Source of the DNA: Terriglobales bacterium
GTDB lineage: Bacteria; Acidobacteriota; Terriglobia; Terriglobales; Acidobacteriaceae
Assembly (NCBI GenBank): GCA_030038475.1
Contig: JASHOU010000185.1
Location: forward strand, 4,540-68,539
Direction of reading: 5' to 3'
DNA length: 64,000 nt
In this document: positions 16,443 through 25,108 of the stretch, one piece after another
Layout: the number at the start of each line of letters is the position of its first letter
Numbering within the stretch: position 1 is the stretch's first letter
Notes under the pieces: model-generated
Database searches by the model: none
What the model was told of the DNA's origin: nothing
The model's input: the letters and a program-made list of their open reading frames with translations, nothing else
Program-made: the position numbers and the translations under genes

Positions 16443-17879
16443 ATGGCGACTGCACTAACGATCGACGACATTCGCAGCTCCATCGCGGAACGCCGGACGA
16501 CGGCGGGCGCGCTCGCTGAGGATTTCTACAGTCGCATCCGAAAAAAAGACCCCGAAATCGGCGCGTTTCTGACTCTTTGCGAAGAGCGCGCTTTGGCGCA
16601 GGCGGCGCGCATCGACGCGATGGCCGCAGATGGCAAGCCCTTGCCGCCACTAGCCGGAGTTCCGATTGCCATCAAAGACGTCATTGTAACGAGCGGAGTG
16701 CGCACCACCGCCGGCTCCAAAATTCTCGACAACTTTATTCCTCCTTATGACTGCACGGCCGTCGCTCGTCTTGAAACGGCGGGCGCGGTGATTCTGGGCA
16801 AACTCAACTGCGATGAGTTTGCCATGGGATCGTCCACGGAGAACTCCGCGTATCATCCCGTGCGCAATCCGCGCGATAAAAGCCGCGTCCCCGGCGGATC
16901 GTCGGGAGGCTCGGCTGCGGCAGTCGCGGCCGAAATGGCGGTCGCGACGCTCGGCTCCGACACCGGCGGATCGATTCGCCAACCCGCGTCTTTTTGCGGC
17001 GTGGTCGGATTGAAGCCGACTTATGGACGCGTCTCGCGTTACGGGCTGATCGCGTTCGCTTCATCGCTCGATCATGTCGGCCCGTTTGCCAACTCAGTGA
17101 AGGATGCGGCTCTGGTGCTGCGCACGATCGCGGGCCGCGACCCTATGGATGCGACTTCCGCCGATGTTCCGGTTCCCGATTATGTGGCCGAACTCGAAAA
17201 GCCGGTCAAGGGATTGAAAGTCGGCGTCGCGAAAGAATATTTCGGCTCGGGACTCGACGATGAAGTCCGCGCCGCGGTCGAAGCTGCGATCCAGAAGCTG
17301 GCGGAACTGGGATGCGAAATTGTGCCGGTTTCGCTGCCGCATACCGAATATGCGATTCCAACTTATTACATTGTCGCGACGGCGGAAGCTTCGGCAAATC
17401 TTGCGCGTTATGACGGCGTGCGTTACGGCTTTCGCGCCAAATCGAGCGCGCTTTCACAAATGTACCGGCAGACGCGAGATGGTGGATTCGGCATGGAAGT
17501 GAAACGCCGCATCATGCTTGGCACTTACGCGCTGAGTGCTGGATATTACGACGCATATTACTTGAAGGCGCAGAAGGTGCGGACATTACTAACTCGCGAT
17601 TTCGAAGAAGCATTCACAAGAGTTGATGTGATCGCGGCGCCGACGGCTCCGACAGTGGCGTTTAAGTTAGGCGAGAAAGTAAATGATCCGCTAGCAATGT
17701 ATCTCGCCGATATTTATACCGTAACTGCGAATCTCGCGGGCATTCCGGGGATTTCCGTTCCCTGCGGCGAGAATCACGAGAAGCTGCCGATCGGATTGCA
17801 AATCTTTGGCCGGCACTTTGATGAAGCGACGGTGCTGCGAGTGGCGCACGCGTATGAAGGTGGGGCGGTTCGTAGCTAA
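16443..17879 (+). CDS. gatA: Asp/Glu-tRNA amidotransferase subunit A (amidase signature)
   Basis: [23 protein letters not shown] amidase signature, [29 protein letters not shown]. Confidence 0.95.
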   Translation: MATALTIDDIRSSIAERRTTAGALAEDFYSRIRKKDPEIGAFLTLCEERALAQAARIDAMAADGKPLPPLAGVPIAIKDVIVTSGVRTTAGSKILDNFIPPYDCTAVARLETAGAVILGKLNCDEFAMGSSTENSAYHPVRNPRDKSRVPGGSSGGSAAAVAAEMAVATLGSDTGGSIRQPASFCGVVGLKPTYGRVSRYGLIAFASSLDHVGPFANSVKDAALVLRTIAGRDPMDATSADVPVPDYVAELEKPVKGLKVGVAKEYFGSGLDDEVRAAVEAAIQKLAELGCEIVPVSLPHTEYAIPTYYIVATAEASANLARYDGVRYGFRAKSSALSQMYRQTRDGGFGMEVKRRIMLGTYALSAGYYDAYYLKAQKVRTLLTRDFEEAFTRVDVIAAPTAPTVAFKLGEKVNDPLAMYLADIYTVTANLAGIPGISVPCGENHEKLPIGLQIFGRHFDEATVLRVAHAYEGGAVRS

Positions 17880-17907
17880 GGTCCGTCCGGTGAGTGCGGC
17901 GTAACGA

Positions 17908-18624
17908 CTAAAGAGGCTCGTAGTATTTTTCCCCGGCGCAGGAGCGGCAGAGGATTTTGCCGTCCCGCAGAACTTCGCGGTGGAAGTTGATGCCTTCTCC
18001 GCAGCGGGAGCAGACGATGCGGTTGGACTTATAGCCTGGGAACTCTTCGGGAAGTAACTCGACTTTGACCCATTGGGTGGTGAATAAGTCGTCGTCGGAA
18101 AGTTCGCGGTAGGCGAGCATCTGCTGCTGGTTCTTGTTTTCGATTTCGGGATGGAGTTCGCGGGCGAGCGTTTTCGACGATTCTTTGGCGGCGACACGGA
18201 TGGCTTTATAGCGATGGTCCGAGGTCGCGACCTTCAGAGATGGGGACGATTGTCCCCCAGCGGCTAAAGCCGCATCCCTTCCGGTCGCTGACGGCACGAC
18301 TAAAGTCGTGCCCTTCCCGTTTTCGTCGATCTGCGAAGAAACGTGGGTGGCGAGGTCGACGAAGGTGGCGGCCATCTTTCCCCAGTCGCGGAATTTGAGA
18401 GCGCGCTTGCCGAGGCGGCATCCGGTGACGACGGCGATGGCATCGGTGGCGCAGCGGTCGATTTCGACGAAGGTGACAAGACGCTTGCGGTCTTTACCGC
18501 GCGGGTCGTCGATGCCGAGTTTGGCGAGGCCAAGCATAGCGAGGCGCACACCGAGAATTTGCCCGGCGCAGAGATGGCCGTGGGCCAACTCTGCTTGCCG
18601 AATAAGATCATCAATGGAAACCAT
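17908..18624 (-). CDS. FmdE-family protein with C-terminal zinc ribbon
   Basis: AELAHGHLCAGQILGVRLAMLG...VEIDRCATDAIAVVTGCRLGKR (FmdE/FwdE domain) and C-terminal CSRCGEGI...ILCRSC. The linker contains an in-frame triple-hairpin repeat. Confidence 0.8.
   Translation of the reverse strand: MVSIDDLIRQAELAHGHLCAGQILGVRLAMLGLAKLGIDDPRGKDRKRLVTFVEIDRCATDAIAVVTGCRLGKRALKFRDWGKMAATFVDLATHVSSQIDENGKGTTLVVPSATGRDAALAAGGQSSPSLKVATSDHRYKAIRVAAKESSKTLARELHPEIENKNQQQMLAYRELSDDDLFTTQWVKVELLPEEFPGYKSNRIVCSRCGEGINFHREVLRDGKILCRSCAGEKYYEPL
18242..18312. repeat. Triple perfect hairpin element inside the fmdE-like reading frame
   Basis: GGGGAC-GATT-GTCCCC (18242-18257), GCGGC-TAAA-GCCGC (18260-18273), GGCACGAC-TAAA-GTCGTGCC (18293-18312). 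Confidence 0.75.
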
Positions 18625-18628
18625 GATT

Positions 18629-18661
18629 GAGTAATTTTGTAATCGGGTAATTGTGTAATCT
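18629..18661. repeat. Octamer array (GTAATTTT GTAATCGG GTAATTGT GTAATC); contains the left copy of a 19-bp perfect inverted repeat
   Basis: 18634-18652 ATTTTGTAATCGGGTAATT is the exact reverse complement of 19411-19429. Confidence 0.8.
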
Positions 18662-18720
18662 AAGGAACGCTCGTGTTTCGCCAGTCGTTGGGCCGAAGGG
18701 AGAGCAGATCCTTCCGAATA

Positions 18721-19260
18721 CTATTCCGAACCGTTTTCCCACCAGCGATACTTCCTAACAAAGATTACCACCTCCCTCGGAGTCCTCTTGAACTTCGTAA
18801 GATCGAACTTTCTATTGCAGTGGTTATCACCCACCACTCCCGACGTACGAATCTCGTCCAGAGAAAACAAACCGGTGGAACATTGAATGCCACCTCCGGC
18901 ATAGGTGATTTGCAGGTCTAACAACTTGGACAGCCTTTGCCGAGAAACTGCTTCACGTTTGTCGCCGCTGTTACTGCTCTGATTCTCCGAAGGCGTGGAA
19001 CGAAGCTTTTCGTCGGGGAACAGCACCCTCCCATCATCGTCTGCGGTTCCTTGAAGAGGCATACCCTGTTCCACGATCGGCCTATGGGTATCAGGATTGA
19101 TTCGATACACTAAAACCCCGCGGCGTGGCACCGGCTTGCCATCTGTAGCGTTGATGAGTTGCACGGTAATGATAGGACTTCCTTGCTGCGCATGAGATGC
19201 TACAGCCACCAAACAGCAGAGTGCCGAAACTATCCAGTAAGACCTCATTGTGCGGCACAA
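18721..19260 (-). CDS. Hypothetical secreted protein, AT-richer than its surroundings
   Basis: Signal peptide MRSYWIVSALCCLVAVASHAQQ. I recognise no domain. Two hand-counted 100-nt samples give ~46% and ~51% GC, versus ~66% in a neighbouring fmdE sample. Confidence 0.55.
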   Translation of the reverse strand: MCRTMRSYWIVSALCCLVAVASHAQQGSPIITVQLINATDGKPVPRRGVLVYRINPDTHRPIVEQGMPLQGTADDDGRVLFPDEKLRSTPSENQSSNSGDKREAVSRQRLSKLLDLQITYAGGGIQCSTGLFSLDEIRTSGVVGDNHCNRKFDLTKFKRTPREVVIFVRKYRWWENGSE

Positions 19261-19359
19261 CTTCCGCTAAGGAAGCGAGTATACGGCTGTGCGATTGCGG
19301 AATTCCGAGTATTAATTACAAGCGATACGCTGCTTCGACCCGGGTGCAACGGATTCAAT

Positions 19360-19389
19360 GGTCCTTCGACTCCGCTTAGGATGACACGG
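19360..19389 (+). repeat. 'LRMT' element, copy 2 (GGTCCTTCGACTCCGCTTAGGATGACACGG)
   Basis: Same orientation and same core as 7031-7057. It is intergenic. Confidence 0.6.
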
Positions 19390-19397
19390 GTTGGGCA

Positions 19398-19446
19398 GTT
19401 TCAAATTGCAAATTACCCGATTACAAAATACTTAATTTCACAATCC
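19398..19446. repeat. AT-rich array containing the right copy of the 19-bp inverted repeat
   Basis: 19411-19429 AATTACCCGATTACAAAAT, starting 4 nt after the cysS stop region. Confidence 0.8.
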
Positions 19447-19449
19447 TCT

Positions 19450-20940
19450 CTACTTTCTACGCCATCTTACTCCGTCCTTCGTATTTTCCACGATGATACC
19501 CGCGTCGGTCAGCTCTTTGCGGAGTGCGTCGCTCGCCTTGAAGTTGCGCGATTTTCTGGCCGCTTCCATTTCGGAGAGCTTTTGGTTGATTTGCTCGTCG
19601 CTGAGCTGCGTGGAACCGGCGATCTCCAGTAACTCGGGGCTGATTTCCTTGGCTTTCTCCGTGCCTTCGGCTCGGGCCCAGTCGAGAATGGATTTCATCT
19701 TCGGCTGATCGTCGTCTTTCAGCACGCTGAAGATCTCGTCGAATTTCTCGAGCGTGGCGAGCAGCGCTTTGGCATCATCGTTGTGAACCTCGTCGGCATC
19801 GAGCGCGGTGTTGGCTTTGCGCAGCATGTCGAAGATCGCGCCCTGAGCTTCGGCGGTGTTGAGGTCGTCGTTCAGCGCGCTGGTGATTCGGGCGGCGGTT
19901 TCGCCGGCGAGCTGGGTGATGGCTGGGTTCGATCCCGCAGCAAATTGAGTGCTCGTCAGGCGAAAACGGAAGTTGCGCAGCTTTTCTACCGAGCTGGCGG
20001 CCGACTTCAATCCGTCGAAGGTGAAGTTCAGTTGATTGCGATACGGAACCTGCGTGAGCAGCCAGCGAATCGACGATGGCTTGTGGCCGCGCAGCACGAG
20101 GTCGCGGAGGGTGAAAAAATTGCCGAAGCTCTTCGACATCTTCTGGCCTTCGACGAGCAGAAAACGCACATGAAACCAGTCGTGCGCAAGCTGCTGCCCG
20201 CTGAGCGACTCCGACTGCGCGATTTCGTTTTCATGATGCGGAAAAATCAAATCTTCGCCGCCGGCGTGCAGGTCGAAGCTGGGGCCGAGCTCCTCCATTG
20301 ACATTACTGAGCACTCGATGTGCCAGCCGGGACGGCCGGGCCCGATCGCCGTCTCCCAGAAAGCCTCGCCGGGTTTCGGAGCTTTCCATAGCGCGAAATC
20401 GCGGGCGCTGTCTTTTTCGTATTCGTCGACGTCGACGCGCGCACCGTCGGTCATGCCGGCGAAATCTTTTTTTGAGAGCTTGCCGTAGGCGGGAAATTTC
20501 GCGATGCGGAAATAATAAGAGCCGTCGTCGGTGCGATACGCGAAACCTTTCTTTTCGAGTTGGGCAATGAAATCGGCCATCTCGTCGATGTGCTCGGTGG
20601 CGCGGACGAGGAGTGGCTTTTCGATGTTCAGAATCGCGGAATCTTCGAGAAACGCCTGGGTGAATTTGGCGGTATATTGCTGCACGGTGACGCCGTCGCG
20701 TGCGGCGTTGCGGATAATCTTGTCGTCGACGTCGGTGATGTTCATGACGTAGCGGACATCGTATCCGCTCTGGCGCAGAAAACGGTAAAGAAGATCGACG
20801 GCGATGAAGGTGCGGAAATTGCCGATGTGGCCGTAGTCGTAGACGGTGGGTCCGCAGGCGTACATGCGAACGCGGTTGGCGTCGATGGGATGGAAGTCTT
20901 CTACTTTTCCAGAGAGCGTGTTATAGAGGCGGAGGGGCAT
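19450..20940 (-). CDS. cysS: Cysteine--tRNA ligase
   Basis: MPLRLYNTLSGKVEDFHP...MYACGPTVYDYGHIGN (HIGH), ...KMSKS. The start is taken at the internal ATG (20938-20940) that gives the canonical N-terminus. The 71-codon upstream extension in the track looks spurious. Confidence 0.95.
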   Translation of the reverse strand: MPLRLYNTLSGKVEDFHPIDANRVRMYACGPTVYDYGHIGNFRTFIAVDLLYRFLRQSGYDVRYVMNITDVDDKIIRNAARDGVTVQQYTAKFTQAFLEDSAILNIEKPLLVRATEHIDEMADFIAQLEKKGFAYRTDDGSYYFRIAKFPAYGKLSKKDFAGMTDGARVDVDEYEKDSARDFALWKAPKPGEAFWETAIGPGRPGWHIECSVMSMEELGPSFDLHAGGEDLIFPHHENEIAQSESLSGQQLAHDWFHVRFLLVEGQKMSKSFGNFFTLRDLVLRGHKPSSIRWLLTQVPYRNQLNFTFDGLKSAASSVEKLRNFRFRLTSTQFAAGSNPAITQLAGETAARITSALNDDLNTAEAQGAIFDMLRKANTALDADEVHNDDAKALLATLEKFDEIFSVLKDDDQPKMKSILDWARAEGTEKAKEISPELLEIAGSTQLSDEQINQKLSEMEAARKSRNFKASDALRKELTDAGIIVENTKDGVRWRRK

Positions 20941-21019
20941 GCGCGTTGGACGAAGGGATATTCTATCGCGGGAGAGCCGCCAGCTTCGAGCCGCGAGCTT
21001 CGAGCCACGAGTTGAGACG

Positions 21020-21646
21020 ATGAACGAAAAAAACAGCACTCTGCTGTTGACAGTAGATTTGACGGGCACGTTTGTGTTTGCGCTGGAGGGCGCAATGACC
21101 GCCATCCAGTTTGAACTCGATTTTTTCGGCGTGATGGTGCTGTCGTTTGCCACGGCGCTGGCGGGCGGAGTGATCCGCGATCTGCTGATTGGCGCGGCCC
21201 CGCCGGCGTCTCTGCGCGACTGGCGTTATGCGGCCACGGCGTTCAGCGCCGGAGCGGGCGTGTTTTTTTTTCATCATTATTTGTTGCAGATTCCGAATGC
21301 GGCGATTATCGGGCTGGATGCGGCCGGGCTGGCGCTGTTTGCCATGGCGGGAACGGAAAAGGCGCTGGCTTACAAGATGCATCCGTTTATTGCCGTGTTG
21401 TTGGGCACGATCACGGGCGTGGGCGGGGGCACGGTGCGCGATATTTTTCTGGCGCGCGTCCCTAGTGTTCTGCAGAGCGACGTTTATGCGACGGCGGCGA
21501 TGGCGGGAGCGTTGGTGATGGTGGTGGGGCGAAAAGCGGGATTGTCTCCGGCAGCGGCCGCGGGAGTGGGTGGAACAGTATGTTTTCTGCTGCGCGTGAT
21601 TGCGGTGTGGCAGCACTGGAACCTGCCGCGTGTGACCGCGCCGTAG
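21020..21646 (+). CDS. TRIC-family cation channel (UPF0126/YadS-like)
   Basis: Two UPF0126 repeats: DLTGTFVFALEGAMTA...GGVIRDLLIG and GLDAAGLALFAMAGTEKA...GVGGGTVRDIFL. The start is taken at MNEKNS. Confidence 0.85.
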   Translation: MNEKNSTLLLTVDLTGTFVFALEGAMTAIQFELDFFGVMVLSFATALAGGVIRDLLIGAAPPASLRDWRYAATAFSAGAGVFFFHHYLLQIPNAAIIGLDAAGLALFAMAGTEKALAYKMHPFIAVLLGTITGVGGGTVRDIFLARVPSVLQSDVYATAAMAGALVMVVGRKAGLSPAAAAGVGGTVCFLLRVIAVWQHWNLPRVTAP

Positions 21647-21675
21647 GCCGCGTCGCAATGAGACACACGCGTTGA

Positions 21676-23028
21676 TCAGTTGCTGGAAGCGGGTTCGTGC
21701 AATTTGCGAGATGGCGTCAAGGCGTATACAGAAAGAACGACCATCATCGGGTCGAGCGGGCGACGGTAATAAAATTCCGGGCTGGTGATGTAGTAGATGA
21801 GAGGAAATATCAGCAGCAGGATGGTGTAGAGATAAGCTGCGTCGGGGCGTCGTTTCCAGGCTTTGCGCAGCCCGACGAGCGCCAGCACGGTGAAAGCGCT
21901 GCAGAAGGGAATATTTTCGGGGTCCCATTGTTCCAGTTGCAGGTAGGATTTGTCGAGGCTCCAATAACCGGTCCACATGAAGACAAATCTGCGCACGGTG
22001 GTCCAGGCGTACCAGCCGGGATCGCTTTTGATCGATGCAATAGCCTGAGCTTTTTTGGTTGCCATGTATTTCAGTTCGCCGTCGCGCTGGAACTCGGCAA
22101 CTTGGGCGGCGTTTTCCCACGGACCCAGTTCATGCGGCTCCCAATAATCTGTCGTGCCTTTTGTGCCCATGCGCAGCACCAGGCCCATGTTGTCGCGGAA
22201 CACTATGAAGGTATGAAAAGTGCGCCAGTTGCGCACCGTCCACGGAACAATAACTGCGACCAATGCCAGGCCCAGCGCCACATTTGGCAGCACCCACGGG
22301 CGGCGCTTGCGATGCCGAAGATAGGAAATTCGCGCCTGCAGAAACGGAAGCACCGTAATTACAGTCGCGCTGTTCAACGCAGCAAAGCCCCATAGCAATC
22401 CCGCGCCGACCCAGGCGGAGATTCGCTCGGTATCTTCTAGTTGCATTGAGATCAGAAAGAGCAGGCTAAGTAAGAGCGTGGAAAGCCACGTCTCCCAGAT
22501 GCGATCGAGCGGAAAATAGATTGCGTAGGGAAAAAAAGCCCAGGTCCATCCTGCCCAGGTGGCGACGTTTACGCCGAAGCTTCTGCGCGCGTAGAAAAAA
22601 ATTGGCAAGCAGGTCAACGACGAGATCAGCGCCTGAAAGCTGAGCACGGCAAATGCCGCGCTCTTCGTGTAAATACCAAACACCTTGAAAAAGCCGGCGA
22701 TGATGTAGGGATAAACGGGCGTCATCCAGGCGGTGGGGCCGGTTTTTACGAAGAGCGGACTGCTGAAGCCCTCGCCCTGCACAATCGAGCGCGCGATTCT
22801 TCCGGTTTCGAAGCCGAATTTGAAGTGGTCATACTTGGTGAGCAACTGCTCGGGATAGATGAAGCTCATGACCACGAGGCGTATGGCGAGCGCGGTCAAT
22901 ACCATCACGAGGAGCGTGCGGAAGCTGGAGCTGGCGCGGTTTTTGGCGAGGCCGATTTCCCAGGGTCCGGGTTGTTCGGTGTCCACTGTAGCGGCCTGCG
23001 AGTCGTTTCGATAATTCACAGATGGCAT
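21676..23028 (-). CDS. Family 39-like glycosyltransferase (ArnT/PMT_2-type polytopic membrane protein)
   Basis: About 11 predicted TM segments. The N-terminal region DHFKFGFETGRIARSIVQGEGFSSPLF...PVYPYIIAGFFKVFG is typical of the acidobacterial GT39-like family (recognition from memory). Confidence 0.7.
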   Translation of the reverse strand: MPSVNYRNDSQAATVDTEQPGPWEIGLAKNRASSSFRTLLVMVLTALAIRLVVMSFIYPEQLLTKYDHFKFGFETGRIARSIVQGEGFSSPLFVKTGPTAWMTPVYPYIIAGFFKVFGIYTKSAAFAVLSFQALISSLTCLPIFFYARRSFGVNVATWAGWTWAFFPYAIYFPLDRIWETWLSTLLLSLLFLISMQLEDTERISAWVGAGLLWGFAALNSATVITVLPFLQARISYLRHRKRRPWVLPNVALGLALVAVIVPWTVRNWRTFHTFIVFRDNMGLVLRMGTKGTTDYWEPHELGPWENAAQVAEFQRDGELKYMATKKAQAIASIKSDPGWYAWTTVRRFVFMWTGYWSLDKSYLQLEQWDPENIPFCSAFTVLALVGLRKAWKRRPDAAYLYTILLLIFPLIYYITSPEFYYRRPLDPMMVVLSVYALTPSRKLHEPASSN

Positions 23029-23055
23029 AGGTTGGCGAATGGCATAAGTTTGCGG

Positions 23056-23640
23056 CTAGGGCTTAAGCTCCGGCGTCAGTCCGGTTTGATGCAGCCGATG
23101 CTGTACCAGGAATGCGTAATGCACGGCAGAAACAATGGTGAAAATAAAAGTCGCGCGCAAAAAGACGGTGCGGCCAATCCAGATCCAGCGCACGGGTTCG
23201 ACCAGTTGGAGCATCACGAAAAAAATCGCGGCGACCTGGGCGAAGGTATTGGCTTTGCCAAAAATGCTGGGGCGAAAATCGCGCAGGCCGGCAATCATAA
23301 AAAGCACTCCGCTGATCATGAGGATGGAAATATCGCGGCTGAAAACCACGATCGTATATTTCCATGGAACCAGGACGCGCTGCTCGATTGAGAGCACGAG
23401 AAACATGGTGCTCATCAGCAGCTTGTCGGCGATGGGATCGAGATATTGGCCGAGCAGCGTTTGCTGATGCAAGCGGCGCGCCAGCAGCCCGTCGAGGCCG
23501 TCGCTCAATCCAGCAAGAACGAAGAGTGCTAGCGCCCATTTGAAATCGTGCTTGACGAGATTGATGACGATGAAGGGCAGAAAAATCATGCGCAGCAGGG
23601 TGAGCTGATTGGGAGCGGTGAGGATTTGGCGCAGGTTCAC
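23056..23640 (-). CDS. pgsA: CDP-diacylglycerol--glycerol-3-phosphate 3-phosphatidyltransferase
   Basis: CDP-alcohol phosphatidyltransferase motif GLSDGLDGLLARRL....LGQYLDPIADKLL. The GTG start at 23638-23640 overlaps the upstream stop (GTGA). The longer 344-aa track ORF overlaps the upstream gene in another frame. Confidence 0.85.
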   Translation of the reverse strand: MNLRQILTAPNQLTLLRMIFLPFIVINLVKHDFKWALALFVLAGLSDGLDGLLARRLHQQTLLGQYLDPIADKLLMSTMFLVLSIEQRVLVPWKYTIVVFSRDISILMISGVLFMIAGLRDFRPSIFGKANTFAQVAAIFFVMLQLVEPVRWIWIGRTVFLRATFIFTIVSAVHYAFLVQHRLHQTGLTPELKP

Positions 23641-24026
23641 CGCGATCGTTCTCCCTCGGCGGTTGGGCGGGAACCCGCGAGAAACTCGCTCACCAGCAGC
23701 GGGGCAGGATCCTGGCCGGTTTTCTGCGCGAAGCGCTGCGCGAGCGAGGGAAGATTTCCCTCGGGCAGATCGAGTTCCATGCGCTCTACGCGGTGCATGG
23801 GAAAGAAAACCACGCCCGAGGTGAAGGGCTCGCCGTCGCGAGTCTGGGTTACGAAATCGTCGAACGAGGAAAGATCGACGCCGCGCAGGCTGAGGCCCTC
23901 GGCCGAAAGCTGGAGAATCGCACCCCAGAATTTTTCGCGGGGATTGCCGAGCGTCGCGATGACTATTGCGCCGGGGCGAAAGGGGGCTGCGGCTTGAGGC
24001 TCTTGGTAAAAACTGGTGCTGGGCAC
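23637..24026 (-). CDS. Conserved-looking hypothetical protein (129 aa), translationally coupled to pgsA
   Basis: Balanced composition (GAIVIATLGNPREKFWGAILQLSAEGLSLRGVDLSSFDDFV...VVFFPMHRVERMELD). There is a 4-nt stop/start overlap with pgsA. I recognise no domain. Confidence 0.6.
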   Translation of the reverse strand: MPSTSFYQEPQAAAPFRPGAIVIATLGNPREKFWGAILQLSAEGLSLRGVDLSSFDDFVTQTRDGEPFTSGVVFFPMHRVERMELDLPEGNLPSLAQRFAQKTGQDPAPLLVSEFLAGSRPTAEGERSR

Positions 24027-24152
24027 GATGCGATTGTCTTATTTGAGGGGCGGGGAATGCAAATGGAGCTATGATTGGGCGAGCTGTCAACTGACGTTCT
24101 GGATGCTACCTCGATTAACAATAGCTCTTTAGGAGACAATTGCTACTGCACC

Positions 24153-25061
24153 ATGGCAGCCAACCGTTCACGCAATCGGATAATGTGCCTCGCTCTGCTC
24201 ATAAGCTGCGCCTCGATTGGAGCGGCGCAGGTCCCAGCCACGAGCGCAAGCGACAGTATCCCGGTTCCGTTTGAGAGGGACGGCAGATGGGGATACGAAG
24301 ACGGCAGGGGAAACACGATCGTCGCTCCTCAGTTCGCAAAGGCGGAAAAGTTTTCAGATGGTCTGGCGGCCGTTTACGTCGAGATTGCTCCAGCATCCGC
24401 TGCAAACGCCATAGGATCGCGTGACGCGGGCGTTCCGGCGATCCGAAACGAGAAAAAATGGGGATTTATCAATGACCATGGCGAAATGGTGATCGCGCCT
24501 GAATTTGAGGCCGTGGGCCACTTTTCCGAGGGACTAGCAGCTGCTTCCCGCGAGTTGCCATGGAGCGATGGCGAGACTTGGGGCTATATCAACAAGCATG
24601 GGGAGATGGTCATCAAACCGCAGTTCAACGCTGCATCCCCGTTTTCCGAAGGGCTGGCGCTCGTGTACGCCGGTGGGATTCCGTTGACCGACAATTTCGT
24701 GTTGAGTTTTGTCAAGATGGGCTACATCGACAAGGGTGGACGCTGGGTGATTGGGTCAAATTTCTGGTACTTCTTTTACGACAATTTTTCCGAGGGTGTC
24801 GTTCCGTTTAGGAAGAACTTTGGCAAATGGGGCTACTTGAATCAGCAAGGAAAGATATTCATCCGACCGCAATTTGACTGGGCTGGGAGTTTTTTTCACG
24901 GACTGGCCCCCGTCCTGGTTTCGGGTATTTGCACGCACATTGATAAAGGCGGGCACATTGTGGGTCAGAGCACGCCACAAATCAGATCCGGCAAGAAGAA
25001 TCCCGAGCAGGATCGTCGTGGTACGTATACTCGGGAGCCGACAGAATTTCCCTGCCTTTAG
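24153..25061 (+). CDS. WG-repeat (KWG-type) secreted protein
   Basis: Five repeats of (K/R/T)WGY(I/L)(N/D)..G..VI.PQF..A..FSEGLA.V. Signal peptide is MCLALLISCASIGAAQ. Confidence 0.8.
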   Translation: MAANRSRNRIMCLALLISCASIGAAQVPATSASDSIPVPFERDGRWGYEDGRGNTIVAPQFAKAEKFSDGLAAVYVEIAPASAANAIGSRDAGVPAIRNEKKWGFINDHGEMVIAPEFEAVGHFSEGLAAASRELPWSDGETWGYINKHGEMVIKPQFNAASPFSEGLALVYAGGIPLTDNFVLSFVKMGYIDKGGRWVIGSNFWYFFYDNFSEGVVPFRKNFGKWGYLNQQGKIFIRPQFDWAGSFFHGLAPVLVSGICTHIDKGGHIVGQSTPQIRSGKKNPEQDRRGTYTREPTEFPCL

Positions 25062-25108
25062 CTCGCGGCATTAGGGGAGTCAAGGGTATCAGTACGTGCC
25101 AGTTGGCA

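Noticed and set aside
20941-21153. 71-codon N-terminal extension of cysS in the ORF track (567 aa)
   Set aside because: The canonical CysRS N-terminus MPLRLYNTLSG starts at the internal ATG at 20940. The extension overlaps the divergent TRIC gene's upstream region and looks non-protein-like. The same logic was applied to the extended starts of prfA, the ligase, DinB, DUF302, the SBP, the WG-repeat gene, SPFH and pgsA.
20963-22120. 385-aa minus-strand ORF overlapping the TRIC-channel gene and the GT39-like gene
   Set aside because: It is extremely Arg/His/Gln-rich and overlaps two motif-supported genes. It is typical of a spurious long ORF in high-GC DNA.
24020-24037. TGGGCACGATGCGATTGT as a sigma-54 promoter
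   Set aside because: The GG-to-TTG spacing is 2 nt too long for a -24/-12 element, and it lies inside the 5' end of the 129-aa ORF on the other strand.
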